NCBI GenBank assembly: GCA_964658305.1 | Contig: OZ210884.1 | Coordinates: 2,294,001 to 2,358,000 of the forward strand | DNA length: 64,000 bases | Origin: Leptogorgia sarmentosa | Taxonomy: Eukaryota | Reading direction: 5' to 3' | Part shown: positions 53,101 through 64,000 of the stretch, piece by piece | How the letters are laid out: every line of letters starts with the position of its first letter | Numbering within the stretch: position 1 is the first letter of the stretch | The notes under the pieces: model-generated | Database searches by the model: none | The model's input: only the letters and a program-made list of their open reading frames with translations | What the model was told of the DNA's origin: nothing | Program-made: the position numbers and the translations under genes

Positions 53101-56100
53101 GCTCTTGGCATGGTGAATACGCATGGTAAATTTGGTGGCGACACCATTCAAAATGGAAGCCACAGAAGCAATCAAGTCCCTTCACCTGGTATGGTATATT
53201 TGATATTGCTCCTGTTGAGATTCCTTTGAAACAACGGGCTACCCATCATCATGCCCTTGCTCGCATTTTTATCACAGGTTTACGAAATTTTCGGTGCACA
53301 TTGCTCTTGGCATGGTGAATAGGCATGGTAAATTTGGTGGCGACAGCTTTCAAAATGGAAGCCACACAAGCAATCAAGTCCCTTCACCTGGTATGGTATA
53401 TTTGCTACTGCTATTGCTCCTGTTGAGATTCCTTTGAAACAACGGGCTACCCATCATCATGCCCTTGCTCGTATTTTTATCACAGGTTTACGAAATTTTC
53501 GCTGCACATTGCTCTTGGCATGCTGAATACGCATGGTAAATTTGGTGGCGACACCATTCAAAATGGAAGCCACAGGAGCAATCAAGTCCCATCACCTGGT
53601 ATGGTATATTTGCTATTGCTATTGCTCCTGTTGAGATTCCTTTGAAACAACGGGCTACCCATCATCATGCCCTTGCTCGTATTTTTATCACAGGTTTACG
53701 AAATTTTCGCTGCACATTGCTCTTGGCATGGTGAATTGGCATGATAAATTTGGTGGCGACACCATTCAAAATGGAAGCCACGGAAGCAATCAAGTCCCTT
53801 CACCTGGTATGGTATATTTGCTATTGCTATTGCTCCTGTTGAGATTCCTTTGAAACAACGGGCTACCCATCATCATGCCCTTGCTCGTATTTTTATCACA
53901 GGTTTACGAAATTTTCGCTGCTCATTGCTCTTGGCATGGTGAATACGCATGGTAAATTTGGTGGCGACACCATTCAAAATGGAAGCCACAGAAGCAATCA
54001 AGTCCCTTCACCTGGTATGGTGTATTTGCTATTGCTATTGCTCCTGTTGAGATTCCTTTGAAACAACGGGCTATCAATCATCATGCCCTTGCTCGTATTT
54101 TTATCACAGGTTTACGAAATTTTCGCTGCACATTGCTCTTGGCATGGTGAATACGCATGGTAAATTTGGTGGCGACACCATTCAAAATGGAAGCCACAGA
54201 AGCAATCAAGTCCCTTCACCTGGTATGGTATATTTGCTATTGCTCCTGTTGAGATTCCTTTGAAACAACGGGCTACCCATCATCATGCCCTTGCTCGTAT
54301 TTTTATCACAGGTTTACGAAATTTTCGCTGCACATTGCTCTTGAATATCGTGAATACGCATGGTAAATTTGGTGGCGACACCATTCAAAATGGAAGCCAC
54401 AGAAGCAATCAAGTCCCTTCACCTGGTATGGTATATTTGCGATTGCTATTGCTCCTGTTGAGATTCCTTTGAAACAACGGGCTACCCATCATCATGCCCT
54501 TGCTCATATTTTTATCACAGGTTTTCAAAATTTTCGCTGGACATTGCTCTTGGCATGGTGAATACGCATGGTAAATTTGGTGGCGACACCATTCAAAATG
54601 GAAGCCACAGAAGCAATCAAGTCCCTTCACCTGGTATGGTATATTTGCTATTGCTATTGCTCCTGTTGAGATTCCTTTGAAACAACGGGCTACCCATCAT
54701 CATGCCCTTGCTCGTATTTTTATCACAGGTTTACGAAATTTTCGCTGCACATTGCTCTTGAATATCGTGAATACGCATGGTAAATTTGGTGGCGACACCA
54801 TTCAAAATGGAAGCCACAGAAGCAATCAAGTCCCTTCACCTGGTATGGTATATTTGCGATTGCTATTGCTCCTGTTGAGATTCCTTTGAAACAACGGGCT
54901 ACCCATCATCATGCCCTTGCTCATATTTTTATCACAGGTTTTCAAAATTTTCGCTGCACATTGCTCTTGGCATGGTGAATACGCATGGTAAATTTGGTGG
55001 CGACACCATTCAAAATGGAAGCCACAGAAGCAATCAAGTCCCTTCACCTGGTATGGTATATTTGCGATTGCTATTGCTCCTGTTGAGATTCCTTTGAAAC
55101 AACGGGCTACCCATCATCATGCCCTTGCTCATATTTTTATCACAGGTTTTCAAAATTTTCGCTGCACATTGCTCTTGGCATGGTGAATACGCATGGTAAA
55201 TTTGGTGGCGACACCATTCAAAATGGAAGCCACAGAAGCAATCAAGTCCCTTCACCTGTTATGGTATATTTGCTATTGCTATTGCTCCTGTTGAGATTCC
55301 TTTGAAACAACGGGCTACCCATCATCATGCCCTTGCTCGTATTTTTATCACAGGTTTACGAAATTTTCGCTGCACATTGCTCTTGGCACGGTGAATACGC
55401 ATGGTAAATTTGGTGGCGACACCATTCAAAATGGAAGCCACAGAAGCAATCAAGTCCCTTCACCTGGTATGGTATATTTGCTATTGCTATTGCTCCTGTT
55501 GAGATTCCTTTAAACAACGGGCTACCCATCATCCTGCCCTTGCTCGTATTTTTATCACAGGTTTACGAAATTTTCGCTGCACATTGCTCTTGGCATGGTG
55601 AATACGCATGGTAAATTTGGTGGCGACACCATTCAAAATGGAAGCCACAGAAGCAATCAAGTCCCTTCACCTGGTATGGTATATTTGCTATTGCTCCTGT
55701 TGAGATTCCTTTGAAACAACGGGCTACCCATCATCATGCCCTTGCTCGTATTTTTATCACAGGTTTACGAAATTTTTGCTGCACATTGCTCTTGGCATGC
55801 TGAATACGCATGGTAAATTTGGTGGCGACACCATTCAAAATGGAAGCCACAGGAGCAATCAAGTCCCTTCACCTGGTATGGTATATTTGCTATTGCTCCT
55901 GTTGAGATTCCTTTGAAACAACGGGCAACCCATCATCATGCCCTTGCTCGTATTTTTATCACAGGTTTACGAAATTTTCGCTGCACATTGCTCTTGGCAT
56001 GGTGAATACGCATGGTAAATTTGGTGGCGACACCATTCAAAATGGAAGCCACACAAGCAATCAAGTCCCTTCACCTGGTATAGTATATTTGCTATTGCTA

Positions 56101-58590
56101 TTGCTCCTGTTGAGATTCCTTTGAAACAACGGGCTACCCATCATCATGCCCTTGCTCGTATTTTTATCACAGGTTTACCAAATTTTCGCTGGGCATTGCT
56201 CTTGGCATGCTGAATATGCATGGTAAATTTGGTGGCGACACCATTCAAAATGGAAGCCACAGAAGCAATCAACTCCCTTCACCTGGTATGGTATATTTGC
56301 TATTGCTATTGCTCCTGTTGAGATTCCTTTGAAACAACGGGCTACCCATCATCATGCCCTTGCTCGTATTTTTATCACAGGTTTACGAAATTTTCGCTGC
56401 ACATTGCTCTTGGCATGGTGAATACGCATGGTAAATTTGGGGGCGACACCATTCAAAATGGAAGCCACGGAAGCAATCAAGTCCCTTCACCTGGTATGGT
56501 ATATTTGCTATTGCTATTGCTCCTGTTGAGATTCCTTTGGAACAACGGGCTACCCATCATCATGCCCTTGCTCGTATTTTTATCACCGGTTTACGAAATT
56601 TTCGCTGCTCATTGCTCTTGGCATGGTGAATACGCATGGTAAATTTGGTGGCGACACCATTCAAAATGGAAGCCACAGAAGCAATCAAGTCCCTTCACCT
56701 GGTATGGTATATTTTCTATTGCTATTGCTCCTGTTGAGATTCCTTTGAAACAACGGGCTATCCATCATCATGCCCTTGCTCGTATTTTTATCACAGGTTT
56801 ACGAAATTTTCGCTGCACATTGCTCTTGGCATGGTGAATACGCATGGTAAATTTGGTGGCGACACCATTCAAAATGGAAGCCACAGAAGCAATCAAGTCC
56901 CTTCACCTGGTATGGTATATTTGCTATTGCTATTGCTCCTGTTGAGATTCCTTTGAAACAACGGGCTACCCATCATCATGCCCTTGCTCGTATTTTTATC
57001 ACAGGTTTACGAAATTTTAGCTGCACATTGCTCTTGGCATGGTAAATACGCATGGTAAATTTGGTGGCGACACCATTCAAAATGGAAGCCACAGAAGCAA
57101 TCAAGTCCCTTCACCTGGTATGGTATATATGCTATTGCTCCTGTTGAGATTCCTTTGAAACAACGGGCTACCCATCATCATGCCCTTGCTCATATTTTTA
57201 TCACAGGTTTTCAAAATTTTCGCTGCACATTGCTCTTGGCATGGTGAATACGCATGGTAAATTTGGTGGCGACACCATTCAAAATGGAAGCCACAGAAGC
57301 AATCAAGTCCCTTCACCTGGTATGGTATATTTGCTATTGCTATTGCTCCTGTTGAGATTCCTTTGAAACAACGGGCTACCCATCATCATGCCCTTGCTCG
57401 TATTTTTATCACAGGTTTACGAAATTTTCGCTGCACATTGCTCTTGGCATGGTAAATACGCATGGTAAATTTGGTGGCGACACCATTCAAAATGGAAGCC
57501 ACAGAAGCAATCAAGTCCCTTCACCTGGTATGGTATATATGCTATTGCTCCTGTTGAGATTCCTTTGAAACAACGGGCTACCCATCATCATGCCCTTGCT
57601 CGTATTTTTATCACAGGTTTACGAAATTTTCGCTGCACATTGCTCTTGGCATGGTGAATACGCATGGTAAATTTGGTGGCGACACCATTCAAAATGGAAG
57701 CCACAGAAGCAATCAAGTCCCTTCACCTGGTATGGTATATTTGCGATTGCTATTGCTCCTGTTGAGATTCCTTTGAAACAACGGGCTACCCATCATCATG
57801 CCCTTGCTCATATTTTTATCACAGGTTTTCAAAATTTTCGCTGCACATTGCTCTTGGCATGGTGAATACGCATGGTAAATTTGGTGGCGACACCATTCAA
57901 AATGGAAGCCACAGAAGCAATCAAGTCCCTTCACCTGGTATGGTATATTTGCTATTGCTATTGCTCCTGTTGAGATTCCTTTGAAACAACGGGCTACCCA
58001 TCATCATGCCCTTGCTCGTATTTTTATCACAGGTTTACGAAATTTTCGCTGCACATTGCTCTTGGCATGGTGAATACGCATGGTAAATTTGGTGGCGACA
58101 CCGTTCAAAATGGAAGCCACAGAAGCAATCAAGTCCCTTCACCTGGTATGGTATATATGCTATTGCTCCTGTTGAGATTCCTTTGAAACAACGGGCTACC
58201 CATCATCATGCCCTTGCTCGTATTTTTATCACAGGTTTACGAAATTTTCGCTGCACATTGCTCTTGGCATGGTGAATACGCATGATAAATTTGGTGGCGA
58301 CACCATTCAAAATGGAAGCCACAGAAGCAATCAAGTTCCTTCACCTGGTAAAGTATATTTGCTATTGCTATTGGTCCTGTTGAGATTCCTTTGAAACAAC
58401 GGGCTACCCATCATCATGCCCTTGCTCGTATTTTTATCACAGGTTTACGAAATTTTCGCTGCACATTGCTCTTGGCATGGTGAATACGCATGGTAAATTC
58501 GGTGGCGACACCATTCAAAATGGAAGCCACAGAAGCAATCAAGTCCCTTCACCTGGTATGGTATATTTGCTATTGCTCCTGTTGAGATTC
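44160..58590. repeat. Large tandem block duplication (~44.2-52.0 kb versus ~52.0-58.6 kb)
   Basis: Offsets of 7008 (47252/54260, 47669/54677; GACAGCTTTC ~46334/53342), 7216 (CCTTTAAACA ~48291/55507) and 6604 (50497/57101, 51109/57713; GGTAAAGTAT..TTGGTCC ~51743/58347). Confidence 0.88.
48500..50140. repeat. 4-monomer tandem duplication (820 bp)
   Basis: CCATTGCTCGTATTTGTATC at 48731/49551, AATTTTTGCTG at ~48555/49375, TATAGTATAT at 49071/49891, GCTGAATATG at 49201/50021. Confidence 0.88.
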
Positions 58591-61500
58591 CTTTGAAACA
58601 ACGGGCTACCCATCATCATGATCTTGCTCGTATTTTTACCACAGGTTTACCAAATTTTCGCTGGATATTGCTCTTGGCATGGTGAATACGCATAGTAAAT
58701 TTGGTGGCGACACCATTCAAAATGGAAGCCACAGAAGCAATCAAGTCCCTTCACCTGGTATGGTATATTTGCTATTGCTCCTGTTGAGATTCCTTTGAAA
58801 CAACGGGCTACCCATCATCATGCTCTTGCTCGTATTTTTATCACAGGTTTACGAAATTTTCGCTGCACATTGCTCTTGGCATGGTGAATACGCATGGTAA
58901 ATTTGGTGGCGACACCATTCAAAATGGAAGCCACAGAACCAATCAAGTCCCTTCACCTGGTATGGTATATTTGCTATTGCTATTGCTCCTGTTGAGATTC
59001 CTTTGAAACAACGGGCTACCCATCATCATGCCCTTGCTCGTATTTTTATCACAGGTTTACGAAATTTTCGCTGCACATTGCTCTTGGCATGGTGAATACG
59101 CATGGTAAATTTGGTGGCGACACCATTCAAAATGGAAGCCACAGAAGTAATCAAGTCCCTTCACCTGGTATGGTATATTTGCGATTGCTATTGCTCCTGT
59201 TGAGATTCCTTTGAAACAACGGGCTACCCATCATCATGCCCTTGCTCATATTTTTATCACAGGTTTTCAAAATTTTCGCTGCACATTGCTCTTGGCATGG
59301 TGAATACGCATGGTAAATTTGGTGGCGACACCATTCAAAATGGAAGCCACAGAAGCAATCAAGTCCCTTCACCTGGTGTGGTATATTTGCTATTGCTATT
59401 GCTCCTGTTGAGATTCCTTTGAAACAACGGGCTACCCATCATCATGCCCTTGCTCGTATTTTTATCACAGGTTTACGAAATTTTCGCTGCACATTGCTCT
59501 TGGCATGGTGAATACGCATGGTAAATTTGGTGGCGACTCCGTTCAAAATGGAAGCCACAGAAGCAATCAAGTCCCTTCACCTGGTATGGTATATATGCTA
59601 TTGCTCCTGTTGAGATTCCTTTGAAACAACGGGCTACCCATCATCATGCCCTTGCTCGTATTTTTATCACAGGTTTACGAAATTTTCGCTGCACATTGCT
59701 CTTGGCATGGTGAATACGCATGGTAAATTTGGTGGCGACACCATTCAAAATGGAAGCCACAGAAGCAATCAAGTCCCTTCACCTGGTATGGTATATTTGC
59801 TATTGCTATTGCTCCTGTTGAGATTCCTTTGAAACAACGGGCTACCCATCATCATGCCCTTGCTCGTATTTTTATCACAGGTTTACGAAATTTTCGCTGC
59901 ACATTGCTCTTGGCATGGTGAATACGCATGGTAAATTCGGTGGCGACACCATTCAAAATGGAAGCCACAGAAGCAATCAAGTCCCTTCACCTGGTATGGT
60001 ATATTTGCTATTGCTCCTGTTGAGATTCCTTTGAAACAACGGGCTACCCATCATCATGCCCTTGCTCGTATTTTTACCACAGGTTTACCAAATTTTCGCT
60101 GGATATTGCTCTTGGCATGGTGAATACGCATAGTAAATTTGGTGGCGACACCATTCAAAATGGAAGCCACAGAAGCAATCAAGTCCCTTCACCTGGTATG
60201 GTATATTTGCTATTGCTCCTGTTGAGATTCCTTTGAAACAACGGGCTACCCATCATCATGCTCTTGCTCGTATTTTTATCACAGGTTTACGAAATTTTCG
60301 CTGCACATTGCTCTTGGCATGGTGAATAAGCATGGTAAATTTGGTGGCGACACCATTCAAAATGGAAGCCACAGAAGCAATCAAGTCCCTTCACCTGGTA
60401 TGGTATATTTGCTATTGCTATTGCTCCTGTTGAGATTCCTTTGAAACAACGGGCTACCCATCATCATGCCCTTGCTCGTATTTTTATCACAGGTTTACGA
60501 AATTTTCGCTGCACATTGCTCTTGGCATGGTGAATACGCATGGTAAATTTGGTGGTGACAACATTCAAAATGGAAGCCACAGAAGCAATCAAGTCCCTTC
60601 ACCTGGTATGGTATATTTGCTATTGGTCCTGTTGAGATTCCTTTGAAACAACGGGCTACCCATCATCATGCCCTTGCTCGCATTTTTATAACAGGTTTAC
60701 GAAATTTTCGCTGCACATTGCTCTTGGCATGATGAATACGCATGGTAAATTTGGTGGCGACACCATTCAAAATGGAAGCCACAGAAGCAATCAAGTCACT
60801 TCGCCTGGTATGGTATATTTGCTATTGCTATTGCTCCTGTTGAGATTCCTTTGAAACAACGGGCTACCCATCATCATGCCCTTGCTCGTATTTTTATCAC
60901 AGGTTTACGAAATTTTCGCTGCACATTGCTCTTGGCATGGTGAATACGCATGGTAAATTTGGTGGCGACACCTTTCAAAATGGAAGCCACAGATGCAATC
61001 AAGTCCCTTCACCTGGTATGGTATATTTGCTATTGCTCCTGTTGAGATTCCTTTGAAACAACGGGCTACCCATCATCATGCCCTTGCTCGTATTTTTATC
61101 ACAGGTTTACGAAATTTTCGCTGCACATTGCTCTTGGCATGGTGAATACGCATGGTAAATTTGGTGGCGACACCTTTCAAAATGGAAGCCACAGATGCAA
61201 TCAAGTCCCTTCATCTGGTATGGTATATTTGCTATTGCTCCTGTTGAGATTCCTTTGAAACAACGGGCTACCCATCATCATGCCCTTGCTCGTATTTTTA
61301 TCACAGGTTTACGAAATTTTCGCTGCACATTGCTCTTGGCATGGTGAATACGCATGGTAAATGTGGTGGCGACACCATTCAAAATGGAAGCCACAGAAGC
61401 AATCAAGTCCCTTCACCTGGTATGGTATATTTGCTATTGCTACTGTTGAGATTCCTTTGAAACAACGGGCTACCCATCGTCATGCCCTTGCTCGTATTTT

Positions 61501-64000
61501 TATCACACGTTTACGAAATTTTCGCTGCACATTGCTCTCGGCATGGTGAATACGCATGGTCAATTTGGTGGCGACACCATTCAAAATGGAAGCCACAGAA
61601 GCAATCAAGTCCCTTCACCTGGTATGGTATATTTGCTATTGCTACTGTTGAGATTCCTTTGAAACAACGGGCTACCCATCGTCATGCCCTTGCTCGTATT
61701 TTTATCACACGTTTACGAAAGTTTCGCTGCACATTGCTCTTGGCATGGTGAATACGCATGGTAAATTTGGTGGCGACACCATTCAAAATGGAAGCCACAG
61801 AAGCAATCAAGTCCCTTCACCTGGTATGGTATATTTGCTATTGCTCCTGTTGAGATTCCTTTGAAACAACGGGCTACCCATCATCATGCCCTTGCTCGTA
61901 TTTTTATCACAGGTTTACGAAATTTTCGCTGCACATTGCTCTTGGCATGGTGAATACGCATGGTAAATTTGGTGGCGACACCATTCAAAATGGAAGCCAC
62001 AGAAGCAATCAAGTCACTTCGCCTGGTATGGTATATTTGCTATTGCTATTGCTCCTGTTGAGATTCCTTTGAAACAACGGGCTACCCATCATCATGCCCT
62101 TGCTCGTATTTTTATCACAGGTTTACGAAATTTTCGCTGCACATTGCTCTTGGCACGGTGAATACGCATGGTAAATTTGGTGGCGACACCTTTCAAAATG
62201 GAAGCCACAGATGCAATCAAGTCCCTTCACCTGGTATGGTATATTTGCTATTGCTCCTGTTGAGATTCCTTTGAAACAACGGGCTACCCATCATCATGCT
62301 CTTGCTCGTATTTTTATCACAGGTTTACGAAATTTTCGCTGCACATTGCTCTTGGCATGGTGAATAGGCATGGTAAATTTGGTGGCGACACCATTCAAAA
62401 TGGAAGCCACAGAAGCAATCAAGTCCCATCACCTGGTATGGTATATTTGCTATTGGTCCTGTTGAGATTCCTTTGAAACAACGGGCTACCCATCGTCATG
62501 CCCTTGCTCGTATTTTTATCACAGGTTTACGAAATTTTCGCTGCACATTGCTCTTGGCATGATGAATACGCATGGTAAATTTGGTGGCGACACCATTCAA
62601 AATGGAAGCCACAGAAGCAATCAAGTCACTTCGCCTGGTATGGTATATTTGCTATTGCTATTGCTCCTGTTGAGATTCCTTTGAAACAACGGGCTACCCA
62701 TCATCATGCCCTTGCTCGTATTTTTATCACAGGTTTACGAAATTTTCGCTGCACATTGCTCTTGGCATGGTGAATACGCATGGTAAATTTGGTGGCGACA
62801 CCTTTCAAAATGGAAGCCACAGATGCAATCAAGTCCCTTCACCTGGTATGGTATATTTGCTATTGCTCCTGTTGAGATTCCTTTGAAACAACGGGCTACC
62901 CATCATCATGCCCTTGCTCGTATTTTTATCACAGGTTTACGAAATTTTCGCTGCACATTGCTCTTGGCATGCTAAATACGCATGGTAAATTTGGTGGCGA
63001 CACCATTCAAAATGGAAGCCACAGAAGCAATCAAGTCCCTTCACCTGGTATGGTATATTTGATATTGCTCCTGTTGAGATTCTTTTGAAACAACGGGCAA
63101 CCCATCATCATGCCCTTGCTCGTATTTTTATCACAGGTTTACGAAATTTTCACTGCACATAGCTCTTGGCATGGTGATTACGCATGGTAAATTTGGTGGC
63201 GACACCATTCAAAATGGAAGCCACAGAAGCAATCAAGTCCCTTCACCTGGTATGGTATATTTGCTATTGCTCCTGTTGAGATTCCTTTGAAACAACGGGC
63301 TACCCATCATCATGCCCTTGCTCGTATTTTTATCACAGGTTTACGAAATTTTCGCTGCACATTGCTCTTGGCATGGTGAATTGGCATGGTAAATTTGGTG
63401 GCGACACCATTCAAAATGGAAGCCACGGAAGCAATCAAGTCCCTTCACCTGGTATGGTATATTTGCTATTGCTATTGCTCCTGTTGAGATTCCTTTGAAA
63501 CAACGGGCTACCCATCATCATGCCCTTGCTCGTATTTTTATCACAGGTTTACGAAATTTTCGCTGCACATTGCTCTTGAATATCGTGAATACGCATGGTA
63601 AATTTGGTGGCGACATTATTCAAAATGGAAGCCACAGAAGCAATCAAGTCCCTTCACCTGGTATGGTATATTTGCGATTGCTATTGCTCCTGTTGAGATT
63701 CCTTTGAAACAACGGGCTACCCATCATCATGCCCTTGCTCATATTTTTATCACAGGTTTTCAAAATTTTCGCTGCACATTGCTCTTGGCATGGTGAATAC
63801 GCATGGTAAATTTGGTGGCGACACCATTCAAAATGGAAGCCACAGAAGCAATCAAGTCCCTTCACCTGGTATGGTATATTTGCTATTGCTCCTGTTGAGA
63901 TTCCTTTGAAACAACGGGCTACCCATCATCATGCCCTTGCTCGTATTTTTATCACAGGTTTACGAAATTTTCGCTGCACATTGCTCTTGGCATGGTGAAT

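Larger units (their letters stand above)
1..64000. repeat. Tandem satellite DNA array, ~208 bp monomer (~310 copies, single orientation), running off both window ends
   Basis: The sequence starting at position 1 (TATTTTTATCAC...) restarts at 209 and continues without non-repeat sequence to 64000. Monomers differ from the consensus by zero to a few substitutions and small indels. Confidence 0.99.
42870..64000. repeat. Satellite variant domain C
   Basis: Private markers: TTGATATTGCTCC (short class), TTGAATATCGTGA, GGTTTTCAAAATT, TTGCGATTG, CATCACGCC, GAATTGGCATG, CCACACAAGC. The first appears at ~42900 and the last at ~63760. Confidence 0.85.

Noticed and set aside
997..63865. About 80 short ORFs (60-106 aa), many ending in LLLLLLRFL
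   Set aside because: They are translations of the satellite monomer. They appear only where an indel or substitution removes a stop, and the period (208) is not a multiple of 3. The poly-Leu comes from the TTGCTA repeat. I recognise no protein domain.
1..64000. CRISPR-like or cassette-type repeat/spacer array
   Set aside because: There are no unique spacers, because the entire 208 bp unit is repeated. No cas, integrase or reverse transcriptase gene is present.
1..64000. A single fixed-period higher-order repeat across the window
   Set aside because: Marker offsets vary (2, 3, 4, 5, 7, 9, 12, 13, 18 and ~32-35 monomers) and the markers are domain-restricted.
1..64000. Inferring methylation status or taxon from CpG decay
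   Set aside because: All six consensus CpGs are mostly retained, and both CpG transitions and many transversions occur. I cannot separate these signals without a counted spectrum corrected for duplication.

Overview
The whole 64 kb window is one uninterrupted head-to-tail tandem array of a ~208 bp satellite monomer: roughly 310 copies, all in the same orientation, about 43% GC by hand count of the consensus. Consensus, phased to position 1: TATTTTTATCACAGGTTTACGAAATTTTCGCTGCACATTGCTCTTGGCATGGTGAATACGCATGGTAAATTTGGTGGCGACACCATTCAAAATGGAAGCCACAGAAGCAATCAAGTCCCTTCACCTGGTATGGTATATTTGCTATTGCTATTGCTCCTGTTGAGATTCCTTTGAAACAACGGGCTACCCATCATCATGCCCTTGCTCG. I found no genes, RNA genes, transposon insertions, inversions or CRISPR spacers. 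The listed ORFs are incidental translations of the repeat. The array resembles eukaryotic centromeric or pericentromeric satellite, but I do not recognise the family or organism, and centromere function cannot be shown from sequence. The interesting structure is internal. There are three main monomer lengths (208, 202 and 209 bp) and at least three sharply bounded domains with private variants (about 1-32.6 kb, 32.7-42.9 kb and 42.9-64 kb). There are also nested irregular higher-order duplications from 2 to about 34 monomers, one out-of-register 401 bp duplication with a visible junction, and a hypervariable site that includes an apparently locally templated mutation. Boundaries were read by eye and are approximate to about one monomer.
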